The notes below the pieces were generated by a model. That model saw nothing but the letters and a program-made list of their open reading frames with translations, had not been told where the DNA came from and did no database searches. This document shows positions 28,934-42,541 of a stretch of 64,000 nt of DNA, piece by piece. The stretch is from the NCBI GenBank assembly GCA_964016885.1, contig OZ024741.1:321780001-321844000 (forward strand). The letters are read 5' to 3'. The DNA comes from Eledone cirrhosa. Its lineage: Eukaryota. How positions within the stretch are numbered: position 1 is the stretch's first letter; each line of letters opens with the position of its first letter. A program made the translations under genes and the position numbers.

Positions 28934-29272
28934 GGGAGGCACATGGCTTAGTGGTTAGAGCATTGGCCTTGCAATCGAAAGGTTGGAAGTTCAATTCTCA
29001 GACCGGGTGATGTGTTGTTTCCTTGAGCAAGACACTTTATTTCACATTGCTTCAGTTTACTCAGCTGTAGAAATGAGATGATAGGGACTGGGGTCCATGT
29101 CATTCCACTGCAAAGTGGTCGTGGAGGTGCCATGGCAAAAAAGCACCCACCACTCACTGTAAATGAAGTTGGTGTTAGGAAGGGCATCCAGCTGTAGAAA
29201 TCAAGCCAGAATCAGTTCCCGTCCCACCCTTGCAAGCAGGGAAAAGTGGATGTAAAAATGATGATGATGATG
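28934..29272 (+). mobile_element. tRNA-derived SINE family B, full length (Ceph-domain-like segment, RTE-type (ATG)n tail)
   Basis: A box TGGCTTAGTGG, B box AGTTCAATTC; CCTTGAGCAAGACACTT; TTGGTGTTAGGAAGGGCATCCAGCTGTAGAAA shared with the RTE 3' UTR. Confidence 0.9.
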
Positions 29273-31689
29273 ATATATATATGTGTGTGTGTATGTGTTG
29301 GAACTGTTTGTTCCAACGACAAGTGTTACAGTTGTTTAAATAGCAGAACAACCTGCTTGTGTAAGTGGTAGAGCATTCCCACTGCTAAAACAGCCTAAAC
29401 CACATTAATTCTGACTTCTGGCTGAAGTACTTTTAGAAGTAGGGTCTTCAATTCAATTCAATTCTATCTACTGATTGATTAATAATATATATAGAAAGAA
29501 ACTTTGTGTAGAAGATAAATGAAATGGCTTGAAATCTACTTTGGATTCAATGGGATTATAGGATTGTGTGTATGTAGGGAGGGGGGGGGGGCTGTGAGGG
29601 AATGCCACACACACAACATATATATATATATATATATGTATGTACACACATACATACTTATACACAAACACACTAGACACACATATTACATATATTTATA
29701 TATATATGTATGTGTGTGTATATATATATATACACACACACACATATGCATACATATATATACACACGCATACAAACACATATATGTCACATTTATTCAA
29801 TGAAGCTTAAACATAATAAATAAATAAAAATCTAAAAATTAAAGATACAAAAAAATAAAGATAAAAAAAAAAGAAAAATTACGATATAAAAAACAAGTAA
29901 AAATCAAATGAGCAAATGAAGTAAAGATTTGTTTATCTGATACACTAATTAGTGATTGTAATCTGACTAGCTCTAATGAATTAACTAACGAAGAGGATTA
30001 ACAGTAACAATCAATAGCATGGATGATTTTTGACCTTTGCATGACCTTCTCTTAATTTCTACCCCTCATCGTTGTGGATTCAACATGGCCGAATTGTTAA
30101 GATAGTGCTTTCCAAGCTTTTACTCATGTTACATTTACAACAACAACAAATGTTCCTAAGGCTATTTTCCTTACTAAAGCAAAAGTTATCCTTACTGGCT
30201 CATTGATAAGTTTCTTCATTTTTCCCTACTCAAATTTGTTTCCATACCCTGATGCGTATGTTTCTATGTGTGTGCATGTGTGTATGTGCATATGCATACA
30301 TTTATATGTATGAATATATAAATATAAACGTGCAAAGACAGACACACAAAAATACACACTCACAGACATATATTCACACAAACACACACATACATTTACA
30401 CAAACACACACATACACAGCATAGTTTTTTCACCATCCCCTTCCTTTCTTTTACACACACATACATTCACGCAGGCAACTGACGTAAAGAGAAAGGAGTA
30501 GTATGAGGTAGTCAAACTACTCCTCTGTGTTGTGACAGAATTGCAGAAATTTATATATAGATTGGCTGCATACCATGTCTCTTCTCAACCACTTTTTATT
30601 TCCTCCACCATTTGGCCAAATTGTTAAGATAGTCATTTCCAAGCTTCTTTTACTCATGCCAATTTTCAACAACAATTGTTTCTAAGGCTATTTTCCCTAC
30701 TAAAGCAAGAGTTATCCTTACTGGCCCCATTACAAGCTTCTTCTTTTTTCCATATTGGCTGCATACCGTATCTCCCCCACCTACACGCTTTTTATTTCCT
30801 CCACCATTATATTTGGTCAAGTCTTTCTTGGTCTTCCATTTCCTCTACTTCCTTCCACATTCAGTTCCATCATTCCTTCTCACCCAGTCACTTTCATCCT
30901 TTCTCAGCTCATGACCCAACCATCTCATTCCATTTCTCTTCAGAATATTCATCACTGGCTCTATTGCGCTGACCCAGTCCCTTACTTTCATCCTTTTTCA
31001 GCACATGACCCAACCAGCTCATTCCATTTCTCTTCATAACATTCATCACAGACTCTATTCCTCTCACCCAGTCCATTCCTTTTATCCTTTTTTAACACAT
31101 GACCCAACCATTTAGAACAAGTAAAAGCATTTGGCCATAAACCAGTTTATAACTAGACACAACTGTCAAAAGTCTGGGGCTGGGGGAAAGGGGGTCTTTA
31201 GTTCTTTTGAGCAATGAGAGGTTTCCATTCTGCAGGGTTGCAGCCCTGACATAAACTCGCTGCAAAGTCTATTTTACAGATTTCAACCTGATCTTGACAG
31301 GTCTGCCTAGCCTCATACACCTCACCTTCCTTCTGGCTTCCACTCAAGGGAAGAAGGATCTACTTGGTCACTGATGAAGTCCTCAAACAGGAGTGAAACC
31401 AATTTGGTTGATTCTCCTTTCTCTGTTTATGGAGACACTATGAGTAAAGACAAGGTGTTCACATCTGTCTTTAAATACAGTGTTGGCTAAAATCTATACT
31501 GTGATATTTTTGTGTATAGTATGTATGTATGTATATATGTATGTATGTGTATGTGTGTGCATATGTGTGTGTATATGTGTGTGAAACAATGCTGTTAATA
31601 TCTTTATAATTGTTTTTCCATAGATATATGTGTGTGTACATGTGTGTATGTATGTAACACACACACATATATATATATTTCCCTAAAAT

Positions 31690-31925
31690 GACTGACTGAA
31701 CATACACATGCTTTTTCTTAAAAGAAAAGCAACAAAATTTCCATTTTTTTCTCTTCTCACTCTCCTGTATCTTTCTATCTCTTCTTTTATTTCTCATTCT
31801 ATCTTCTGATGAAGGACTAGCGTCCAAAATGTTAAGATTCTTTTCCTACTATACCAGACGTTGAACTAATATATATATTAAATGTACTCTATTGTTTGTT
31901 TTGTTATTTTCTGTTTACTTTTCAT
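31690..31925 (+). mobile_element. Decayed Penelope-like terminal fragment with degenerate hammerhead (31801-31838); relative at about 47375-47595
   Basis: ATCTT-CTGATGA-A-GGAC(TAGC)GTCC-AAAA-TG-TT-AAGAT; second copy retains GAAAC. Confidence 0.65.
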
Positions 31926-32275
31926 ACATACACACACATATATGTATGCAATACGTATATATATATATATATATATGTGTGTATATATATATATGTGTGT
32001 GTATTTATATATATATGTGTGTGTGTATATATATATGTGTGTGTATATATATGTATATGTATGTGTATATATATATATATATGGATATATATATATGTGT
32101 ATGTATATATATATGTGTATGTATATATATATATGTGTATGTATATATATATATGTGTATGTATATATATATGTGTATGTATATATATATGTGTATGTAT
32201 ATATCCGTTTACCAATATATAATAACTTGTGTGTTACACCTCTATTCTTTTAACTATATATATATATATATGTAT

Positions 32276-32640
32276 ATAAATTAATAAAAACAATGAAATA
32301 AAAACAAAGAACAGGTTCCTTATATTAAAAAAAATCTTCATTTTACGATCGTTTCTGCGATATTTATGTATGTTGATATGTATATAATGTTAAAGATCTA
32401 TAGAAACGATCGTAAAATGATGATTTTTTTAATATAAGGAACCTGTTCTTTGTTTTTATTTCATTGTTTTTATTAATTTATCTTGACTCTGTTTCCCTAT
32501 GATTTTTATTGTTAAATTTTGATGCATTTTCTCTTTTCATGATATCTTCTATATTTGGATTACATTGAGTTTTTCCTACGGATTTATTTGGATTACATTG
32601 AGTTCTTCATATGGATTTATTTTGGTAGATTTATCTACAT
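32276..32640 (+). mobile_element. Fold-back island (about 80-bp arms, 45-nt spacer, tail) containing a hammerhead 3' half
   Basis: 32276-32356 inverted at 32402-32481; GAAA-CGATCG-TA at the inner end of the arm. Confidence 0.7.
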
Positions 32641-32687
32641 ATATATATGTATATATGTATATATATATATATATATGTATATATATG

Positions 32688-32720
<33 letters not shown>

Positions 32721-33283
32721 GTATATATATGTACATATCATCATCATCATCATCATCATTTTACGTCCACTTTTCCCTGCTTGCAAGGGTGGGACGGGTC
32801 TTATTCAGCACAGCATCTCTCCACTTGTCACGGTCCTTCATCATCTCCTCCGTGAGCTTCAGCGATCTGAGGTCTGTTCTCACCACTTCTGTCCATGTTT
32901 TTCGTGGTCTATCTATCTATATATATATATATATATATGTATATGCACTGTTTGCATATATATTTGTGTCGTTATAATACATATATATATATATATATAT
33001 ATCTTTACATATGTGTGTGTATGTGTGTGTCTATATATATATATATATAGACACACACACTCACACGTGAGGCTAAGATATTTCCTCTGTCACGTATTTG
33101 TTACTCCAAGCCTCTCAACAGAAGTGTGAAGCTGATATGTGTGATTATATGATATATTGAATATTTTAGATCTTAAAACATAAAAACACTCTACTACAGC
33201 CTTACTACTGCAGTACTGAGTACTCAGCTCTTTTGTTGGTTCAATTTATATACACACACACACATACACTACTATTACTCTTA

Positions 33284-33327
<44 letters not shown>

Positions 33328-33580
33328 CATATATATATGTATGTATATATATGTGTATGCATGAAGGTACGTCCGTATGTACATATATACATACATATAT
33401 ATATACAAACATATGCATGTAGATAATCATGATCATGATGGTGGTGATGATGATGAAGATGATAATGGTGATCTTGATGTCGATGATGAGGATAATAATG
33501 ATGATGATAATGTTGATAAGGATGATGATGGTGATAATGATCATGATGATGTTGATGAGGATAATAAAGATGATAATAAT

Positions 33581-33767
33581 TGTTTCTACTTTAGGCACAA
33601 GGCCAGCAATTACCCAGTGCATTACTGGTACTTTATTTTATCGACCCTGTAAGGATGAAAGGCAAAGTCAACCTCGGCGGGATTTGAAATCAGAATCGCA
33701 AGGGCCGTAACTCTATGCATCAAAGCATGGCGTCAAACCCTCTACCGATACTGCCAATTCACCGCCC
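33581..33767 (-). mobile_element. SINE family A inserted in (GAT)n low-complexity tract, with TSD
   Basis: ATAAAGATGATAATAAT on both sides; full head and tail. Confidence 0.88.
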
Positions 33768-33845
33768 TTATAAAGATGATAATAATGTTGATAAGGAAGA
33801 TGATGATGATGATGATGATGATGGTGGTGATGATGATGATGGTGC

Positions 33846-33877
<32 letters not shown>

Positions 33878-34469
33878 GTGCTGGTGATGATGGTGATGAT
33901 GATGTTGCTGGTGGTGGTGATGATGATGGTGCTGGTGGAGGTGATGATGTTGATGGAGGTGATGATGTTGATAGACTAGAGTAAAGTATGCTGAGATAGA
34001 ATAATAAAAAGAGACAAGCAATATAACAAGATTATGAAGAATATAAACCATTTATGTTTGGAATGGTAACACGTGTTATGATGATGAAGAGACTGACAAT
34101 TCAGTCAAGTTAGCTACCGATATAACTGACACTGTCAAATTGGCAGTAAAATTATTTTATAGGAAATATTATTAAGAATAAGTAATACTATAAAAATAAA
34201 TATAATTTATTAAAAATAAGTAATGATGATACGGAATATTATTATGATGAATAAATATAATTTATAGAAATAATTAATAATAATAAATATTACGAATAAA
34301 TAATATTTTCCCTCTTAAATTTGGCAAAAGCTGATAAGAAGAAATCACCAATTTACTGTGTATTCTAAAATATAAAGAGGTGAACTGATAGAAATCTTAG
34401 AGTACAACTAGAGCTGGTGCCTGTGAAATAAGTACAGTACAATGTATGGCCCTTTCTCCCAGTAAAACA

Positions 34470-34820
34470 TGATTTCCGTGTGTCTAAAACACGTGGACAT
34501 GCCCACAAAGTCAGAAAACAGCACAGTTCCCATGACTTTCAGAAACATTTTTTCACGCTCAGAGTTGCTGAAGCATGGAACAAACTACCTGCATCAGTTA
34601 TTAGCTGTCGAGACACTGCATCCTTTAAAACCTCCATGCTTCCCGAGATTCGCCAACACTACACCTAATGTTCCTCCTCCATAGACATACACACATGTAT
34701 ATCATGACTCATACACTATTCACTTCCCTGACATTTGTATATTATTCTATGTACTATACATACACCTTTGACGAGTTGTAGTGCACCTGAGCACTTTACA
34801 CAATCATTTCATTATTATTT
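34470..34820 (+). mobile_element. CR1-like LINE 3' end
   Basis: KTRGHAHKVRKQH...FFTLRVAEAWNKLP CR1-type C-terminal motif; (ATT)n tail. Confidence 0.85.
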
Positions 34821-35981
34821 TTATTAAAAGTGGATTAAGCTTGCATGGAGCCCTTGGCTGAAAATTTAATTGGGGCCCATGTGCAAATAGTTTAATTTGG
34901 AGCCATTTAAATATTGTGGGGCTAAAGTCCACTCCATTTTGATACTTCTTGCTCTGACCACACTAAGAAAATGACTAAATTTGCATTTTCCACTACACAA
35001 TTCTCATTAGTTCATACCAAATCATAGATCATAACACCACAACACCATACAACCCTCTCTACTACTTCAGATATTTTCACTTCAGAGTGCTGCTAGACAT
35101 CAAAGATGTTTATTGATATATTTATTGATCACAAGAAATTATTATATATTTAATTTAATTATATAAATTTGCATAAAGATCTGATCCCTTAAGGTTCAGT
35201 ATATTGCCTCGCTGAGGTCTGTGCTCTGGACTGTTGCCTTGGCACCAATAAGAGTACTGGCTCTGAGAACAACACCAAGAAATATTTTAAGACCATTTTT
35301 CCTTCTAAAGCAAGGGTTAGTCTTGTGGGCTCTATGATAAGCTTCTCCATTTTGCTCAATTGGCTGAATGAGCTGTTAGCATCATCTCCAGCCATGCCTT
35401 TCTTGGTCTTCCTCTTTACATACTTTCTTCCGCATTCATTTCCATCTCTCTTCTTACCCAGCCACTTTCATCCTTCTTCAACATTAGAGTGTTGGACAAA
35501 ATAACCTGTGGTATTTATTTCTGGTTCTTTGCATCCTAATTTCAAATCCAGCCATGGTCAACTTTTCCTTTCATCCTTCCAAAGGTGCAAACTATGGTGG
35601 CGGATTAAAGCAATTATTAGAATGTTCAACAGGATGCCTTACAGTATTTGTTCTGTATTTTTGCATTCTGAGTTCAAATCTTGCTGTGTTTACATGAGTG
35701 GTTGATTTAATTGATCATCCAGCTTAAAACTAGCATCTGACTCCCTTTACAAACATTCAGAGTCTTCGGTTTAAGAATACCTTCCTCTCTATATCCCCCT
35801 TACCAGTTTCAGACTCTCTCCCCTCTCTCTCTCTATATATATATATAGTCTTAATATCTTTGAGAAATAACATTAGATGAAGACACATCCAACTTATGTC
35901 ACCATAGTCCGATGCCTCAGAAATGTACATAACGGTTGTTATTTAATAAATTGGAGTATGGAAAAGTAGAGAACTGTGTCT

Positions 35982-36036
<55 letters not shown>

Positions 36037-36559
36037 AGGTTATAGTGAAATGCCTGTAGCAATGTATAAATAATACTAATCCTTGGTTGTATTGAATTTT
36101 GAATTATATATGTATATATATCACATTACCTCTCATCTCAGCCATCTTTTAATTGAAACTACTATATATACAAACCACTATTTATACACACACACATATA
36201 TATATATATACACATACATATATAATCATCATTATCATTGGTGGATTGGGAGTATCGGTAGAGGGTTGGACTCCATGCTTTGCAGCAAAGAGTTACGGCC
36301 CTTTATGGTCTGAGTTCAAATCTGCCAAGGTTAACTTTGCCTTTCATCCTTACGGGGTCGATAAAATAAAGTACCAGTAATACACTGGGATAATTGCTGG
36401 CCTTGTGCCAAAAGTAGAAACAATTATAGTTTAACATCTATCTCCATACACCTTTTACGCCTTTCTTTAATATTTTCGCCCTGATGGCATTCTTCTTCAA
36501 TAATATTACTTTCATCTTTTGATCATTTTCATCAAACGAATTTCCATTTTTTGCTGTAG

Positions 36560-37690
36560 TAGTTTCAAGAGTTCCATGCATTGTATAACACAGTTCCTCT
36601 GACTACAACCCACGAAGAGGTGTCACTGATGTTATTAATGCAATCATGCAAAGCAATTTGAATATCAGGAGATCTCAACTCACTGATATCAATGAGTTTT
36701 GGAAGCTTAATGGTGATATGATTTATATCTGCTGACTTTATTACCAAATGCATTTTTGCTCTTACTAAACAGTGGACATTCCTTAGTGGTTAGCACATAG
36801 CACCTGCATAGAATGGACATTACAGACATCCTGTATGTTATGTTTGCAAACAATTACATAATCGGGAACCTGGGTGCATCCATGTTGTGACAGGATCTCC
36901 TCTATGTTTGAAGTGTGTACTTGAAATATACAGGTTGAACTCAGTACACAGCTCCAGTAGGAGCAGGTCATTACCATTTATTTTCCCAATTCCATACCTT
37001 CCAAGACAGCTCCATGTCTCATAATCTTAACCCACATGTGAATTAAAATCTCCTAGAAGAATTATTTTATCACCATGTGGAATTGAATACAGGGTATTCC
37101 TTACATACCTTCCAAGACAGCTCCATGTTTCCCAATCTTTACCCACATGTGAATCGAAATCTCCTAGAAGAAATATTTTATCACCATGTGGAATTGAATA
37201 CAGAGTGTTCCTTAATGACTCATGTATCTTTTTACTCCATTGCTACCAAGTGTTGGAGCATATACACCAATAATAGTGACATGCCTGCCACTAGAGAGAA
37301 GTAGCCACAAAGTCATTAGCTGGTCACCAATCCCACAAGGAAGCTATATTAGTTTGTGAACTGGACTCATAAGTATAGCAAAACACTCTCCTGATTCTTT
37401 CTTTTCTTGAGCATTTCATCCCTTTCTAGAAAAATGCATATGCACCAGCTATCTCCTCCAGTTGCCCATTTTCAGAAAGGTGAGTTTCTAAAAGAGCGGC
37501 TATATCTACACCATAACAATGCAATTTTCTGGAGACTAATTCTACTAGTTCTATGTTCTGGAGATAATCTATTCAGAGGTCACACATTCCAGCAACCTAT
37601 GTTTATTTGAAATTTTTTATTATCATTTTTATTTCCTCTTTTATTTCAAAGGCATAAAAGGACGTCCATCAGCCGCACCAAGCTGGTCAG
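36560..37690 (-). mobile_element. Highly decayed RTE-type LINE endonuclease region with an about 110-bp tandem duplication (about 36990-37205)
   Basis: PDYVIVCKHNIQDVCNVH resembles the APE motif LDY....DV; duplicated CATACCTTCCAAGACAGCTCCATG...GAATTGAATACAG. Confidence 0.55.
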
Positions 37691-38407
37691 ACAGAAATTA
37701 GGCAGTAGATTCTCAGGTTTACTCCCACCTCAGCAATGACAACCTGCATGTATATATATATAGATATATGTTTAAAATTATATATATATATATATATCAT
37801 CATCATCATCACTGTTTAAGGTCCATTTTCGGTGCTTGCATGGGTTAGACGATCATCCACATCATGACACAATTCTAGACAGTTGGCCACACTGTACCTT
37901 GCTGAGATGGAACTGTAAATTTGGCCAGGATTTTTACAGCTGGAACTGGATGGCAGCATTATGAGGAGGGACAGGCCAGATGGCCGTGCTGTACCCTGCT
38001 TACAGTGGAAACATAGTTTGGGAGCTGCAACCACATTTACAGTGTGGAACTGGATGACACAGTTATGAGGAGGGACACGCCAATTGGCTGTGTCATACCC
38101 TGCTCACAGTGGAACCAATAGTTTGGGAGATATATATACACATATATATATATATATATATGGACATACGAGAACATGTGGTCGGTAAATATGTATTTTT
38201 TAAAAATTACCTAGTGATTCAGACAATTTCTCTACAGAGGAATTAAATACTACCTCCTTTTGTAGTTGAATAAAACATGTAAATCAATTAAATAATGTAT
38301 TAATGTATTGAACCTTGGTGATAATTATTTTTTCATTTATATATATAAATCACCGTCTGGAACTAGCTGTTGAGACGGCAAGAGCTCAGCCATTGGGGTC
38401 CCAACTC

Positions 38408-38480
<73 letters not shown>

Positions 38481-38714
38481 CACTCAATCAGCCCGATCAG
38501 TCTGTTCACCTTTCAGTACACAGGAACTTAGTGATCAATCTATCAATCTGAAAGGAACCTGCTGTAATGTTACCTGAGATGTTTTTATAAGAGTACAGGT
38601 GACATCTCCCCTGTCCCAGGTAATATGTCTAATAGGTTATAATTGTAATTAAAGTTACAGAAATATCTGGTTGTAGTTGTAATGACGCATAACATGAACT
38701 AAACCATACAAGAA

Positions 38715-38749
<35 letters not shown>

Positions 38750-38868
38750 CATCATCATCACCGTTTTATGTCCGTTCTTCCACGCTAGCATGGGTTAGAC
38801 GGGTTGTCCTGTTGTGGGCAGTGTCCGGTCGGCTGACCTTGTCTTGATCATATGGGAACATCATCATC

Positions 38869-41253
38869 ATCATCCTCATCATCAACGTTTAACGTCCGTG
38901 TTCCACGCTTGCATGGGTTTGGGCAAGAGTAGTCCCACTTGAGGCAAGAGTGATTGTCTTGCTCGCATAGGACTGTCTGGCAGGTTTTCTACAGTTGGAT
39001 GCCCTTCCTAACACCAACCACATTTACAGTGTGGGTCTGGGAGGTTTTTACCGTGTTGCCTACACGGCCACATTACAGCGTGGTCTGTGTGTTTTTTTGT
39101 CGTGACACCTACACGATCTCATTTGTTTCAGCCTGGATGGCGCGGCACCAACATAACTTTACATAGAACGGGGTGGTGTGGATGGGGTGGGGGTGGTGGT
39201 GGTGGGACGGGGTGTATTTTGTTAGAGATGCCTACTGGCTGGAGTAGGTTTTACTATATATTTAGGTAAGGCGGGTCTTCTCTGTTACTGAGTACCGCCA
39301 AAGGTCTCGGTCCAGTGACATTGTCTTGGAGAGGTGTAAGTGTGTGAGGTCGGAGTTTATCAGCTCGTCCCAGGTTTTTCTAGGTCTGCCTATTCCGTGG
39401 CTACCGTCTATCTTTATTGCCATGCACTTTGTTATACAGCTATCGACTTTCATGCGCATCACGTGTCCATACCAACGTAGCCTTCTCTCGAGTAAACAAC
39501 ATCTGATCCCTCTTATCTCTAATTTTTTCCTTAGTTCGTTTATGCTTTGCCGTTCACGTATATTACTGTTACACATCCAGCGGAGCATGCAAGCTTCGTT
39601 CCTCTCTAGTCTGCGTATATCCTCTGCACACAATGCCCAGGTCTCACTGCCATGCAACATTGCTGTTCGTATGCAGGCATCGTACAACCTGCCTTTCATT
39701 TTTAGGGAGAACCCTTTAGCAGCTAATAGTGGTATAAGCTCTCTGAACTTTTTCCAACCAGTTCTGACTCTAGCTACTGTACTTTCAGAGCACCCTCCCC
39801 CACTGCTGATTTTATCGCCCAGGTAACGGAAGCTGTCCACTATTTCTATAGAACCCTCTGCGCAATTGAAAGAGCTAGTATTTTGTGGGCACTTGCTGCT
39901 ACTTATTGCACCAGAACACCGGCCACATGTAAAATCTATGTTCTTAGTTAGCTTACCTGTGATCCCACTACATCTTTTATGCACCCATACTTTGCATTTA
40001 GGACATAAAATGGAGTTTCTACCTACGCCTTTCCTACACACCGAGCACGACCATTTCCCAGAAGGGACCGCCGCCTTGTTTTCTTTCCTACAAACTAGAA
40101 CTTTGGTCTTAGCCAGGTTAATTTTAAGTCCTTTTGACTCTAGGCCGTGCTTCCATGTTTGGAATTTCTTCTCTAGCTCGGCCATTGATTCCGCTATGAG
40201 TGTCAGGTCGTCTGCGTATAGGAGTTCCCATGGGCAGCCTGTCTTGAACTCCTCTGTTATAGCCTGAAGGGCAATAATAAATAGTAGGGGGCTGAGAACA
40301 GAGCCCTGATGGACGCCAACTTTTACGCTAAACTCTTCACTATATTCGTTGTTAATTCTAACCTTGCTGACTGTTTCTTTATACATGGCTTGTATAGCCC
40401 TCACAAGCCATTCGTCAACGCCTAGTTTTCTAAGAGCCCACCAGATAATGGAGCGGGGGACTCTGTCGAAGGCTTTCTCCAGGTCGACAAAAGCTAAGTA
40501 GAGGGGTCTACCTTTAGCTAGGTACTTCTCCTGTAGTTGTCGTACTATGAAAAGGGCGTCTGTGGTGCTTTTGCCTGACACAAACCCGAACTGCATTTCA
40601 TCTAGGTCAATTCTCTCTCTGATTAGTTGCGCTATTACTTTTTCCGTGACCTTCATGACCTGGTCGATTAATTTAATGCCTCTATAGTTACTCCTATCTA
40701 GGGCGTCTCCTTTACCCTTATAACAGTTAACGATGATGCTGCTATGCCAGTCCTTTGGAACAACCCCATTCTGTACGACTTGGTTAACTATGCGGGTGAC
40801 CATGGTGTGTCCCACCGTGCCAGATGCCTTCAGCATCTCAGCAACTATTTCCGAAGGCCCAGCCGCCTTACCCGTCTTCATATCCTTGATTGCCTTACTT
40901 ATTATACTCCCCTCGACTAACACTGCTGGTCCCTCTATTGGGTCGATATGGGGGAGACTGTCTTTCTCCCATTTATTCTCCTCATTTAGTAGCCTTTCAT
41001 AGTGACACTTCCAAGCTACCTTCTTATCAGCGTCGGTGATGGCAAGTGTGCCATCATCGTTTAGTACACACTTCTCCCCGACAATATCACGGTTTTCCTT
41101 GACGCATTGCCTAGCAATCCTGAACACCTCACGTTTTTGGTCCTCGCGTTGTAGAACATGCTTGAACTTTCTTTCCTCTGCTTCCCTTCTTGCTAAGTAC
41201 ACTTGTCTCCTAGCTTCCCTCCTGGCCACTTGATAGTCTTCTCTACTTCCCCA

Positions 41254-41257
<4 letters not shown>
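38869..41257 (-). mobile_element. Young 5'-truncated RTE-clade LINE with uninterrupted RT ORF and 3' UTR ending in (ATG)n
   Basis: NYRGIKLI, QFGF, FVDLEKAFDRVP, GVHQGSVLSPLLF, LLYADD, FRYLG, RRLRWYGHVMRM, GRPRKTW; no endonuclease domain. Confidence 0.95.
39262..41257 (-). CDS. RTE reverse transcriptase ORF (partial, about 665 codons) with Cys/His PHD-like insertion
   Basis: Stop-free frame; CSVC...CPKC..WVHKRC...CGRC between YADD and YLG; the predicted N-terminal extension across (TA)n is not LINE-derived. Confidence 0.88.
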
Positions 41258-41302
<45 letters not shown>

Positions 41303-41569
41303 TTTTTCTTTTTACACCTGATATATTTGTAGGAGCACCATACTGACATACACCATTTCTTGGGTATTTTAAAACCTGGCAGAGCCCATCTCCTCTCCAG
41401 GTATGAACACAGCACATGTCTTCCAGTGAATGATAGAGTTGTAGGGGTGCTGTATTGACATACAGCATTTCTTGGGTATTTTAAGCCTGGTGGAGCCCAT
41501 CCCCCTCCAGATTTCTTCCAGAATAAGATAGAAAGTGAGAGAGAAGAAATGAGAAAGAGATGTAGAAAT

Positions 41570-42100
41570 AGAGAAGACCCGCCTTACCTAAATACAAAGT
41601 AAAAACCTACTACAGTCAGTAGGCATCTCTATCAAAACACACCCCCGTCCCACCACCTCCACCCCACCCACACCGCCCCTTTCAATGTAAAGTTATGTTG
41701 GTCCCACAACATCCAGGCCGAAACAAATGAGATCGTGTAGGTGTCACGACAAAAAACACACAGTCCACGCTGTAAATGTGGCCGTGTAGGCAACACGGTA
41801 AAAACCTCCCAGCCCCACACTGTAAATGTGGTTGGTGTTAGGAAGGGCATCCAGCTGTAGAAAACCCGCCAGACAGTCCACGCTGTAATGTGGCCGTGTA
41901 GGCAACACGGTAAAAACCTCCCAGCCCCACACTGTAAATGTGGTTGGTGTTAGGAAGGGCATCCAACTGTAGAAAACCCGCCAGACAGTCCTATGCGAGC
42001 AAGACAACCACTCTTGCCTCAAGTGGGAAAACCCCCGTCCAAACCCATGCAAGCGTGGAACACGGACGCTAAACCTGATGATGATGATGATGATGATGAT
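41570..42100 (+). mobile_element. RTE 3' UTR fragment, inverted relative to the adjacent copy, with about 105-bp internal duplication
   Basis: AGAGAAGACCCGCCTTACCTAAAT matches the ORF end at 39260-39283; (GAT)n tail. Confidence 0.88.
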
Positions 42101-42282
42101 GTAGAGGAAGAATCGACCTCAGTACTGGACTGGTATTTTTTTTATTGATCTCAAAAGGATGAAAGGCAAAGATGACCTTGGCAGGATTTGAACTCAGAGA
42201 GCTGAGAGTTGGAACAAATACTGCAAAGCATTCTCTCAGACATTATAACTACTCTGACAATTGACTGCCTCATGTAATATAA

Positions 42283-42313
<31 letters not shown>

Positions 42314-42315
<2 letters not shown>

Positions 42316-42541
42316 ATTGTTATGCATTGGGAGGGTCATGTTGCCAATAAGAAACGCATGCACCAGTTGCTTTGACTCCAATTTATTATAAGTTAAATTT
42401 ATAAATTTAACTTATAATAAATTGAAGTGAAAGCAACTGGTGCGTGTGTTTCTTATTGGCAACATGACCCTCCCAAAGCATAACAATATTGGTTTCAACA
42501 TTTTCAGATAAAGAATCTTGCTAAACAAATTCAGAGACGAA
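42314..42541 (+). mobile_element. Spacerless about 176-bp palindrome plus tail in (TA)n; same family as 52100-52460 and 61232-61555
   Basis: Symmetry centre 42401/42402; tail TTTTCAGATAAAGAATCTTG shared with 61516. Confidence 0.85.

Noticed and set aside
28934-29005. tRNA-like sequences at SINE heads
   Set aside because: A and B boxes present but no complete cloverleaf; always fused to SINE bodies
33281-34051. Poly-Asp, poly-His and poly-Met ORFs
   Set aside because: (GAT)n low-complexity tract interrupted by a SINE; no supported splice structure
41258-41415. Predicted N-terminus of the 717-aa ORF
   Set aside because: Reads through a (TA)n tract into an unrelated repeat; the LINE is 5'-truncated at about 41257
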